Below the pieces are notes generated by a model that was given only the letters and a program-made list of their open reading frames with translations, had not been told where the DNA came from and searched no databases. Below are positions 51,931-64,000 of a DNA stretch of 64,000 bases, piece after piece (positions within the stretch are counted from its first letter, which is position 1; the number at the start of each line of letters is the position of its first letter). The stretch is from Proteromonas lacertae. Taxonomy: Eukaryota. The translations under genes and the position numbers were made by a program. The stretch is taken from assembly GCA_002245135.1 (NCBI GenBank), contig NGBS01000583.1, forward strand, positions 186,001 through 250,000, given 5' to 3'.

Positions 51931-53897
51931 ATGTCATCAGAAGAAACTCCAGCAGGTATAGAGAGAATAAATATCTTCTTAATTAGATATACCTTTACCA
52001 GAACCAACCCCAGCAGAGGCTCCTGCTCCTGAACCAGAAGCACCACCAGCACCAGCAGTCACAGAAGCTCCAGCTGAACCAATTCCAGAAGAAAAACCTA
52101 CAGAAGAAGAAAAACCCAAAGAAGAAAAACAAGAAGAACCTAAAGCTGAAAGAAAGCCAACTCCAAAGAAAACTGTAACAAAGAAGAAGGAAGAAACAAA
52201 GAAAGATGAACCAAAAGCTTCTCCAAAGGCTGAAACAAAGAAGAAGGTAACAACTCCAAAAGAGAAGAAAGAAGAAAAACCAAAGGAGGAAAAGCCTAAA
52301 GAAGAAAAACCCAAAGAAGAAAACCCAAAGAAGAAAAGCCAAAGAAAGAAGTAAAAAAAGAAGAACCAAAGAAAAAGCCAACCACACCTAGAGAAAAGAC
52401 AGAGGAAAAGCCAAAGGAGGATAAACCAAAGGAAGAAAAACCAAAGGAAGAAAAACCAAAAGAGGATAAACCACCAGAATTAAAAACATATGCAACTCAA
52501 GATATAATTGCACCAGAACATATATTAGAAAAGAAAAAATCAATCTTCCAAGATATATTACCAATGGAAGAAGAACGAACTGCTAGACAAGCTGCTAATC
52601 AAAAACTCTTCCAAGAAAAATGGAATATTATTAATGACTATATTAAAGAAGGTTATAGAAGTTATAAATCACTATTAGAGTATTATTATATAATGTTAAA
52701 TTATATTATTTAAATAGTTATTTAGTAAGAATGAATGATCATTATAGATCTCAAGCTGACATGCATTTACAAGCCCAAAAAATATTATTCCCTTCATTAT
52801 ATCGTCAAAGTCAAGAACCAATTAAAGAGCCAACTGAAAGAAAAGATACAATGTATACAGTAATAGACAGTATTCACAGTTTCCATAAAGAAGGAGTAGT
52901 AAAGTTAGCTGAATTCACTAACAAATGTACATCAGACATTATAGACAAAGGTATTAGACCAGCTGTTGATGAATATAAAGCTGCTTTAGATGAAATTGCA
53001 GCACAAGGTAGAGAAATGTTGAGAGAATATGAGAAAGTAGGAAAAGCTAGTTATTTACACTTTGATGTACTTGATGATTGTGTAGCTAAGTGTATTAAAG
53101 CTAATGATGAAGGTAAACCATGTCCAAGAGACTTTTGGTGTGATTATTCTAACTATATTCATTGTATTCATGAAGAATCCAATTGCAGAAATAAAGTATT
53201 AAGTGCTTTAGGAAAATTATTCGAAAAAGTAAAAGAAATGGAAAGTAAAAGAGTTGAAACTTGCAACAAGATCTTAAAAGAATATTTTGAATTAATAAAG
53301 AATTATCATTCCGAAGTATCTGGTATGTATACACCATTATTAACACCATTAACTCAAACAGACTCTTCTGCAGATGTGAAGATATTAACTGACGCTTTAG
53401 GTCAATTGAAAGATAAGAAATTAACTGAAGAAGAAAAGAAAATATGCAATAAACCACCACTTGATACTATTCCACCCATCACAAAGAGTTGTCCAATGGT
53501 TATAAAGTATGGTGTATTAGCTAGACAAGTCCAACCACCAACACCACCACGTCAACAACCATTACCACCAGTCTGGGAGACTGTACATGTAGTAGTAACT
53601 CAAGATTGTCATATGTTAGCCTTTAATGGAGGTGATAGTGTTGAAACTGAAGCTTTATTCATTAAGAATGGATGTAATGCAGTTTGTGATATTGGTTTGA
53701 CTAATGCTGCTGTTGGAAATAGAGATAAAATATGTAAATATGCATTTGGTGTTACTGAAAAAGCTAAGAAATTCAGTTTTATTCCAACTATTAATAGATT
53801 TTTATTCAAAGTTGGTAGTCAAGAAGATTATGATGATTGGATGGCTTTGTTTAAGAGATTACATGTTACTGAGGATAATGAAACTTATGTTGTATAA
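51931..53897 (+). CDS. Protein with EEKPK repeats, a helical BAR/F-BAR-like region and a C-terminal PH domain
   Basis: VIKYGVLARQ...WETVHVVVT...FLFKVGSQEDYDDWM fits the PH pattern; long helical region upstream. Confidence 0.65.
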
Positions 53898-54203
53898 ACC
53901 AACTAATTATTATTGTTATATACACTTTTATTATTACTATTCAAATATTTTTTAAAATAATTTGTTGTTTTTATATTCCATAAACAAAAATGAATTCATT
54001 TATAGGAATAATATGTTGGTTCGGTTAGAAGAATTTGTTTTGATTTCTGATGTTCAGCTGAAATTTATTTTTTCATTTCTATGAATAGTTTTAGTTTGTG
54101 TTTCCTGACTGAAATATACAACTAGATTGGAGTGAAAATTGTATCGATTCATTTAAATGTGAGGTTTTCGGGTGTTCTAAAACATTCTTTTTTATTTTTT
54201 ATA

Positions 54204-57200
54204 ATGACATTACTGCTTTTTTTATTTTTTCAAGGTATATATTTTTGTTTAGTTATGGAATAGGTATATATGGACTATCAAAAATAACTTATCTCTTTAC
54301 ACAATGTGATTATCTACTGAATGAACAAATTGAACCAAATACAGCTAGTGCTGATGGAAAGGTGACAAAATGGTGGAGTGATTTAATGCCTAGAGGATTG
54401 TATTTTGACATTGAGGACGGAACTATATACGGAAGGCCTCAAGTAATAGAATCGACAGTTGTAACTATTTATGCGTCTGACGACATTGACACAATAACTA
54501 CACAGATTTCAATATCAAGTATAGACATATTTTTTTAATTTCTCTAGTTACTGGTGCTCCAAGTATTTTTGCCTATACAGAGAATGGAGTCATTAAGGTT
54601 TCATTGAACAGATACTTTTATATTCCTTTAATTACTGATATTAAACTACCTTCTCTGGATATAAGTGCTTCAACTCCAGGTATGGAATTTGATAAGAAAA
54701 CTGGAACAATATCAGGAAAATTCAAATCTGTTATAGAAAATGCTGTTTATACTGTAGTTGGTCAAGATTTCTATGACAAATACAAAACTCAAGTAAGTAT
54801 CAGTGTTAAAAACCAAACAGAAGATGTACCAGGTATTGCACTGAATCAATTTAGTACATCTCATGTAATTTGTAGAATTAAAGAGAATTACATTGGAAGA
54901 GTAGTATACCACCAGCATGTATTAGATAAAATACTGATTAATTCAACACAATCTCCGGAAATGTACGATTTTGATGTTAATTCAGTATATATGGAATTCT
55001 ATTTCGTTGCTCAAACAGATTTAATTATTACATTTCGATTAAATGCTACAGGAGGTGCAATATTATATGTAGACAACATATCAAATGAATTAATCAAAAT
55101 GGAAGGCTGTGAAATGAAATCAAAGAATATTACCATATCGTGATGTTTAAAGGATATAATTTCATGAAATTAGATTACAGTGGAGTGAGTTTATATGAAT
55201 CATACATCTCATTAGAATATAGTTTAGCTGATAATAATAAGTTTAAAATAGTTTCTAAAGATGAAACTGTAATATATTCATTAAAACCTAGGATTCTTAA
55301 GGTATGAAAAGATAGAAATTGCTACTAATACGTATGTTTGTAATTTCCCTCATCTAATCAATGGATTTGCTACACACTATAGTATAACACCTCCTAATCT
55401 ACCTAAAGGATTAATATTTAATAATATTACTGGTAGAATAATGGGTAAAACAGTTAGTGAAATGAAACCTTTAACATATTATACTGTTAAAGCATATAGC
55501 ATATTTGGACATGCTAAAATGACGTTTTATATATCTGTTGTTGATAGAATACATGAAGGTGCATTGAAAGTGATAAGAACATTGACAGGCCATTTTACTG
55601 AGTTGAATGTATTTCATTTAAATAATCGATACTTTGTTGGCTATGATAAATTTACAGGGATGTAAATTTCATGATTTATATCCCAAAGCATTGGATAATT
55701 CAATTCAAATATCTGCAGTAACAATGTCAGAAATACCTGCTTTAGCAAATATATATAGAATATGTGTGAAAGGGACTTTTATGGAGATTAGAATAGAAAT
55801 TAATTGCACTATATATTCATTTAGTTATGATGGTTATTGTCAAGATGTAGAATTGATGAATGATTGTTTTTATCAAACAACTGTTCTTGAGTATTTTGAA
55901 AATATAAAGGATCATGATTCAGTAAAGATTTATTTTATTGGAACAAGATTTACATTTGTTAATCCATTCTACTATTCAGCAAAAGAAGAATTCTATTATG
56001 AAATAAAGAATGTAAAGTTATATAAGAATAGTAAAATCATTGTAAATCCTATATTAGATTATCTTGAAATTGATGTTCCTGATCATTATATTGCTATTAA
56101 TGCATTTCCTCCTGGCATAACTATGAATAATGAAACAGGTAGAATATATGGAATTACAACAGATGATAGTAATTTAGTTTTAGAACAAAGGATAATAGCT
56201 ACATATGATAACCAATCGTTAGAGAATTATTCATATTCTATTGATTTTAAAGCTGATAAATTATCACCTGTATTTCAAATCCATTATGTCGATTTTGAAA
56301 TGAATATTATTACATCTATTGTATTGATTCAATATAGTAATATCACTGATATAATTCAACCATATATATTTGGATATGTAACTAATTGTGTTGCTAATCC
56401 TTCATTACCTGCAGGATTATATGTTAGTTCAAAATGTCATTTAGTTGGAATTCCAACCGAATTACAAGTCTTCAAAAACATATAATATTACTGCCTATAA
56501 TGTTGAAGGAGGTAAATCAGCATTATTATCAATTTCAGTTGAAAGATGTCAATATATAACTGCAGTTAATATATCTGTAGATAATAGTGATGTGCTATAT
56601 GAAAGTGACATAATGATTGATGATATTAAATGTCTTACCTCCTCTGAATGGATATGTATCATTCAATCAGCCATATAAAGTATTTTGTTTAGGAGATGGA
56701 ATGAAGAATATTGTATTTGATATACTAAATTTTAAATATATAAATATATCTCATGTTGATGTTACTATTAAGTTTACAAATGGAGGAATGATTAAGAAAA
56801 TCACTTTAAATGAAAAGAGAACTGTAGTTGATGCATTGCATCATGAATCCTCCAGCTGATTTGCATTATGACCCATCTGATATTGAACTTCAAGTTGGTA
56901 TATTACCAAAAGCCATTCCAGCTCATTTTATTAATACTGCTAATGTATTTATGGTATATCCAGGTTTTCCAGCAGAAATATATCTAAATACAAAGGGTGA
57001 AATAGTTGGAGTTCCAATAAAAGTGATGAATAAAACAGAATATGCAATAACAGCTTGTAATGTTAATAATTGTACATCTACAAATATAACACTGACAATA
57101 ACTGGTTATGGTTGTTATCCAATTGAATCATATCCAGCAATCAAATTAGGGTATATAGCTTATGTGAATTGTCCAATATAATTATTATGGTAACAGAAGT

Positions 57201-57929
57201 AGAATATGTCATACTGGAGAAGATGGAAGTCCAACATGGACAAGTGAAAGTGTAAATTGTACAAAAGCACCAACAGAACCCGACTCTCAATATTTATTGG
57301 TAACTTATAGTATTAAGATAGATATATTACCATCTTATTTTACTTTATATCATCAACATAATTTAAATTATAAAATAAGAAATGTTAGTTTAATCCCAAT
57401 ACATTATTTTACATATAAAACTGTACGTCCAAGTCAAAGCCAAAAAGATGATTATAGTACAATCATATTGTTTCAATTCAGTGTAGATCCAAAATATAGA
57501 TCATCTATTATACCATCCACTAATAAAATTATAACAAAAGATGACTTTTGGGTTTATGTATTTGAAGAGAATCATACATTTACTATCTTATCATCTGATA
57601 TTGATGAATATATAGTAGAAAAGGACTACTCAATTATTTATATTGTCATTTTTTCCTTATTGGGATTTGTAGTAATAGTTATAGGAATCGTTTTGTTTTG
57701 TAAGAAAACTCATAGATTGCATAATGTCAATCCTAGATTTGAAATTGAATATTATTTACCGTTTGTTAATTCAGGGAATGTGGCTATGACTCCTAACAGA
57801 GGTGCTAGTAGTTATACGAATATGAATATCAATTCCACCAGTTCTTCACCTAGTAGATCTCATTTAGTTCATAATTTGACAAGTAGATCTTTAGAAAGTG
57901 AAGATGGTGAAACTATTGTGCAAATTTAG
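54204..57929 (+). CDS. Type I membrane surface protein with He_PIG (putative Ig) repeats, a PA14-like insert, a Cys motif and a TM helix; about 7 frameshifts
   Basis: MPRGLYFDIEDGTIYGRP, LPKGLIFNNITGRIMG, FPPGITMNNETGRIYG, LPAGL..., TM IIYIVIFSLLGFVVIVIGIVLF. Confidence 0.75.
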
Positions 57930-58089
57930 GGATTATTATTTAATATTTATTCATATAGTAAATAGTAAACATTTTGTTATTGTTATTATAATTATTAATA
58001 GGTGTTAATTATTGTTAATGATTATTTTGTTTTAGTTTGTTGGTGTATATTTTAATAAAAAAACAATTATAAATATGAAATAAATAACA

Positions 58090-58486
58090 TTAATATTCAG
58101 GTATAGGACAATCTTTAGGTTTAGTAACTTGATGAGAGTTTATGAGTGAATTTGCTAAAGCTTTATACTAAAATACACAATAAAACATGTTTATATTTAT
58201 TATTAACAATACTTGCATCTCGCCATATCTTATATACTCTTTTATTGTTAAAGTATCTTTTTCATTCATATTTCTAAGTGATATAAAATTATCTAAAACA
58301 ATTATACTCTCTATACAGCCTTCGAATTTCATTTCGAAGCTTTATTTTTTCGTCTAAATCAGGTATTGTTTTTGTAAGCTTGAGAAATTTCCTATACTGT
58401 TGAATTACCTATAAATAATAACATTGATTTTACTGTTTCTTTCAAAATAAAGTCTTTTAATGCTGGTCCTGATGGGAAATACAACA
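58090..58486 (-). CDS. LYR-motif (Complex1_LYR, LYRM2-like) protein; not in the ORF track
   Basis: Spliced translation LKDFILKETVIQQYRKFLKLTKTIPD...NEIRRLYRE...TIKEYIRYGEMQ. Confidence 0.65.
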
Positions 58487-58614
58487 TTTTTTATTACCGA
58501 AACGGCTATTTTGCATAATTAAAATGAATAAAGTGAATTTTCATAGTCAATAAACAGTATTAAAAAAAATGATTCAATTTAAAACAATATTATTACGAAA
58601 AGTAGTCAATTTCT

Positions 58615-59936
58615 TTATACTGGATTAACAGTAGTTATTTCATTCTCTAATAATCCTTCTTTCTCTTGTGGTTTATTACCAGTCTTACACAAGCCATTAA
58701 CTCCAATAAGAGAAAAGATGAAATACGCAGCACATATTATACATCCATACATATTAAATACTGACAAATGGTAATTCATATCAGTATAAAATGGATAAAT
58801 ACCATCACAAGTATCTTCATCAATGCTCACTGCTTTACACTATAATAGAAATAGAATAGAATAGTATATATACATTATCACCAACTTTTTCACTTTTACA
58901 ACACTGTTTGAAAGTCTCAGAATAATTATCAACAGTAACTCCAGTGAATAGATAACTAAAAGCAACTGTTAATGAAATAATAGAAACATAGAAAAACAAA
59001 TTATTATCTTTTTCTGTCATTTTAAATATCAATTTTAAACTAACTGAAAATAGGAATAAAAATATTGCAATAACCATCCAAACAATACATCTTTTCTGTT
59101 GTAATAAATGATAACCATAACTACCAGAAATTGCAAAATAATAGACAGTTGCACCTACAAATACTGCTGACATTGTCTATTAAATAATATATAAATGATA
59201 TATATATACTCCTAATAAAACAAATACAATGTTTTGTTTGTGTTGATTACTTTCTTCAATTTCTTTCATTGATTCTACTGATAATTTCTCTGAACTGCTC
59301 CTCACAAACTCTTTTACTAAATCTTTAATTGTAAATGGATAAACAATCTATTCATTATATATAATAATAATATATACAGCTAAAATTACATAAATTACAC
59401 TCAAAATCAAAGCAACATCAAAATATTCATTAATATAATCTTCACTTACAGCTTTAAAGAATTCTAAAGAATCACATTTATATTCTTCATGAGCATAATT
59501 ACATCTATTGTCAGTAGCAGTAGTGTTGGAATTACAACACAAATCAAAAGTTTGATGGAAATAATCAGATGTATTTAATGTACATACAAATAGAATTACA
59601 GTGGTGAATAGAATGATAATACCTGAAATAAGTCTATTTAAATAATATAAATTAGATAACTTTAATATACCCTGTAATTAAAGCAGTACCAATATATCCA
59701 CATGCCTCATTTCCAGTAAAACTCATGAAATATCCTGCTATTCTTTTTGTGAATATTATAGAAACTACAACTGACATTATTATCAAAACTGCACAAAATA
59801 TTAAAGCCAATGGTTGACCAACTGATATGACATTTACTCCTATCTACTTCAAACAAATACGAATACCATATGTTCTTCTTAATGTGATCAAGTGTATACC
59901 AAAAGCAAACATTGTAACAGCTATAATCTGATTCAT
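58615..59936 (-). CDS. Multi-pass membrane protein with two tetraspanin-like halves
   Basis: Two TM clusters, each with a Cys-Cys loop (FDLCCN...C...C and FKQCCK...C) before a last TM helix; start uncertain. Confidence 0.5.
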
Positions 59937-60158
59937 TATAAAAATAGTGAGTATACCACTTGTAAAATCAAATTAACGTATTGTGCTAATCGCGGACACT
60001 TGATTCCATCAGATGAAATTTCTTCTATCATATTAAAATATCCTGAAATCGAAATAGAAGAGATTTTAAATAGGATTGTAATGAAAACGACTATGTTTTT
60101 ATTGTTTTTGGGATAACACAATTAAAATATGTATTAATGAACTTTATTATACATATAT

Positions 60159-61797
60159 TTACCTTCGCTTACCTCCCCTATGTCTTGGCTGTCTTTTAGA
60201 ATCTTTTAGCAAAAATTCAGGTATTTCTTGATCTGCTTCTTCCAGTTTATCGATTAAGCTAGTAGCCATACCACTACAACTCTCGTTATAGAAGGATATA
60301 GCAAATCCATGATTTCCAGCTCTACCTGTTCTACCAATACGATGAATATAATAATCTATGTTATTAGGTAAATCATAATTAATCACATATGTTACATTGG
60401 GAATATCCAATCCTCTTGCAGCAACATCAGTTGCTAACAATATCGAAATTGATCCATTTCTAAATTGTTTCAATGCATAATTCCTTTCTTCTTGGTCTTT
60501 ATCTGAATGAATAGCAATACAATTAACATTGTAACTCTGTCTTAATCGATTCTCTAATACATCAGCTGTTCTCTTCATATTAGTAAATATTAACATCTTT
60601 TCTTCAGGATGTTCATTTATTATTTCCATTAAAGCATTTTCTTTCTCATTTTCATTCACATACTTTACGATTTGATCAATATCTTCAGCTGCTGAACCAA
60701 CAACACCAATTGCTAAAAATAAATAATTATTTAAAAAGTTTTGTGCTAATAATTGTATTTCTTTTGGGAAAGTTGCACTAAACATATAAGTCTGTCTTTC
60801 TTTAGGCATATCACTATCAAATACAATCTGTTTAATTTGAGGTTCAAATCCCATATCTAACATTCTATCAGCTTCGTCAAATATTAAATATTTTATTCCA
60901 CTAAATGACACTTTACCTCTTTCAAAGAAATCTACTAATCTTCCAGGAGTACCAATGATTATATCAGCACCTTTCTCCACTTCTTTACATTGATCTTTGA
61001 ATGGAACACCACCATATACTGCAACAGGAAAAATGCCAGTCAAATAACAATATTTATTAGCTTCTTTAAATATCTGTTCAGCTAATTCTCTAGTTGGTGC
61101 AACAATTAAGGCTGTTGGATAAATACGATGATCTGGAGCTGGATTAACTCCTGCACCTTCACGAAGTAAACCGCTAATTAGTGGAAATAAATATCCACCA
61201 GTTTTACCCGATCCTGTTTGTGCACATGCCATTATATCTCTTCTATGAAGAGCTATTGGTATTGAATACTTTTGTACTGGTGTTGGTTTTGTGAATTTAC
61301 TTCTAGTGATATTTGCCATTAATTCTTTTCCTAATTCTTCTTCTTTGAATTCTTCTATTGGATCTGGTACATCTTCTCCTGATACTTCTACTGGTATATC
61401 ATCATACTATCATATTTAATATTAACAAATATATACTTTATCAAAATTTATTCCTGATGTTAATTCATTAATACCAAATAAAGATTTTTCAATTAATGAA
61501 CTTGGTACTTTAAACCCATGAAAACCTTTTTCATTGACTGGATTTACATAATTATAATGATGATGATATGTTGGTCTAGAATCTGGTGCAGAATCATAAT
61601 TCCAACGATTATTCAAATTTGTTGGACGGTATGCCTGTTGTGGTCTATAGGAGGAAAATGTTCGAGGTGAAGGTGGAATTTGTTGAGAATTTGAATTTGT
61701 AGGAGTTGAAGCCTGATTTCTCTTATGTGGAGGTATATATGCAGATCCTATTGATACATAAAATAATAATGGAAAAAACAATACCTGAACTACTCAT
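60159..61797 (-). CDS. DED1: DEAD-box RNA helicase Ded1/DDX3 family
   Basis: AYIPPHKR, SGINFDKYDDIPVE, PTPVQKY, AQTGSGKT, PTRELA, DEADRMLDMGFEPQI, HRIGRTGRAG. Confidence 0.92.
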
Positions 61798-61917
61798 TTA
61801 AAGAAAAATGAGAATTTTGAAAATACGGATAAATACAATGTATTTACTGTATTAAAAAAAGTTTGACATAGTTTGACTGTTTGTTTTTCAATTTGAAGTT
61901 TTTGAAATAGACAGACA

Positions 61918-63465
61918 ATGGTATCTTTAAATAATGCTATATATCGAATAGGACACGATTGATGTGACAGCCTTTCATGACCAAATAGACTATCTTGTTG
62001 TATATAAAATCCCGCCATTACTTTATAGGATGGATTTAAACAAAAGTCTTTGAAAACGTCAAAAGAACAATGGATTGACATAATTGATGAATTATTTAAA
62101 GCACAAAAGGCTGATTTCTTAATCAACATACCTGCTTATAAAGATATGGCTAAAATGTTGAGTCATAAGCAAATATCAGGTGATGAAGAAATGAATGAGA
62201 TGTATCTTTGTGTATGTCATTTCATATTACTTTATGGACATTCAATTAACATCACTAAACAGTTTGTATATTTATACATTTATATATTCTGTGTATAGTT
62301 AAGATTGTTAATACATATTACCAAGAAGAAATCATTCGTATGGTTAACTAACGAAAATAAACTAGCAAATCAATTTGAGAAATACTTCTATCCTTTATCA
62401 TCTTCATTTGAAGTTAATATGTTAAATATGTATTTATTCTTACTAAGAACAGTCAAAGTAATGGGATTATATTGTAAAAAGGAAGATATGATCCAATACA
62501 GCTTATACATTATGAAATTCCTACAAGATTCACACTTACCTTCAATAATAATGAATAATATTGAAATATCTAATGAATTATTGCCCAAAATAATACAATC
62601 AAAGAGATGTATTGATGATCCAATAAGATATGCTAAATATATTACTACATTATCAATTATTGAGGTATTATTATCAATATCTCATTTTTTACCTGAGAAA
62701 TATCGATTGAATGTCAATTCAAATCTCATAACTCAAAATGTTTATAATTCTATGCAATTAATTATTAATAATGTTGATTCAATGAAGAATAAAAGCAATC
62801 CTAAACTGTTAGAAATATTGCATTATTTAATATCAATAATTTTAACAGGAACAAACAAATGTGATTGGTTGAATAGTGAAAATGACAAAAATAATTGGAC
62901 GATATTGATAGTACAATTAGAAGTGTATTTAAGAAGTATTTATTTAAGTATTGATTCTAATGAAGAAGAGAGTAAAGAGATTTATGATTTATTATTACTG
63001 ACTGTAGCTTCAATTGATAATTATACACATCCAAAATATCATAATTTATTATTACAATCTTATTATGTAGATAGTGAAAATAAAGTGAGTAATAATGAAA
63101 AGAAAGACAGTGTATTGTATTTGGTGAGTATAACTGAGTTTATACAGAAGTATCTGAATGAAAATGAGTTAGATGATTTGATAATGAACAGAATTACCTA
63201 TAATCAAATGAATATTTATTCTAAAGAGATTATATTGATGAGTCATTATGTTATTATGTTATCTTTCTCACTCAAACTTAACCCTATATTACAGTTCCAC
63301 ATATTAAACGCATTAAAGGATCAATCAACTGTATTATTCCAGAAAGTATTGAAGCTATTCTTGGTAATACAGAAAGAATTAGCGTTGATAAACAAAAGTT
63401 TGGTAGATGGTGTGAAATTGAGTGTAAACGAATTACAAAACCTCATGAAGCCAACAAGTGTATAA
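61918..63465 (+). CDS. WAPL-domain (cohesin release factor)-like helical protein, minimal form
   Basis: Spliced N-terminus FHDQIDYLVDGF and C-terminus EIILMSHYVIMLSF...VLKLFLVIQ resemble the two ends of the WAPL domain. Confidence 0.55.
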
Positions 63466-64000
63466 TTAATATATAAACTATTTTCTATATATGTTTATGG
63501 TTTAAAATAAGATATTTTCTTGATAATGCATGATTAAATGAATCCATAGATGATATAGTATAAAAATGCAAAGCATTTGCAATAATAAACATATTTAAAT
63601 GTAATGGTAAATAATTCTCGTTAATAAAGAACGAATTTGAAGAAACACATAAACAGTTACATAGTTATAACATCTTACTTCTATTATATTATTGAGTATT
63701 TGTTCTGAGAATATTGAGAATTGTCTCAAATCTTAAGAATAAAAGAAGATGATGAAGAAATCTTACTAAGAAGATTCGAATCTTTAGGCTTGGCTTGGAA
63801 TAATTCCGTTTCAGAACTTAACAAGCTTTACCCCCTTCCAAAAATTTGAATTATATAGGAATTCTATACTGCAATTTTAAGCCCCAAAACCTTAAAGGTT
63901 TTTAAAAACCTCCAAAAAACATAGTGTTGAAGGGAAGTGATCCTACCCTTCCTATAAAGTGCTAACCTAATATTTATATCTTATCACTCAATTCTGGAAC

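Noticed and set aside
51979..52387. Phe/Ser-rich minus-strand ORFs (also 24771-25043 and 40089-40358)
   Set aside because: Antisense shadows of Glu/Lys-rich coding repeats on the other strand
61921..61951. Introns starting GTATCTTT (also the 5' UTR candidate at about 51850-51899) as further U12 introns
   Set aside because: No convincing TTAAT/CTTAAC branch site at the expected distance, and the first has the usual major-intron length
63500..64000. Possible minus-strand gene end and homopolymer-rich terminal sequence
   Set aside because: No recognisable product or telomeric repeat; the last 170 bp or so look like low-quality sequence

Overview
A very AT-rich, gene-dense eukaryotic window with about 30 protein-coding genes, intergenic gaps often under 150 bp and many tiny (about 25-40 nt) GT-AG introns, so the ORF track is heavily fragmented. 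Intron size and gene content (H+-PPase, legumain, mastigoneme-type EGF proteins, He_PIG surface proteins, a Bacteroidota-like cytidine deaminase) suggest a Blastocystis-like gut stramenopile; this is inferred, not verified. No rRNA, tRNA, CRISPR or transposase was recognised. Main findings: (1) three longer AT-initiated U12-type (minor spliceosome) introns with AT-AC or AT-AA ends, in apparently lineage-specific genes; (2) a 1.86-kb duplication of a mastigoneme-like EGF gene whose flanks and scaffold are almost identical while six internal blocks are strongly diverged; (3) WDR33/Pfs2 spliced in frame to three Mpe1/RBBP6-type zinc knuckles; (4) a RING protein with two Hub1-binding HIND-like motifs; (5) a four-repeat single-chain cyclic-nucleotide-binding channel with one degenerate filter; (6) four pseudokinase-LRR genes, two sharing a 350-bp near-identical tract; (7) a stand-alone C-terminal half of EFL1. 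Many genes carry 1-2 bp frameshifts that are most likely assembly indel errors. Exon structures were read by eye and are approximate.
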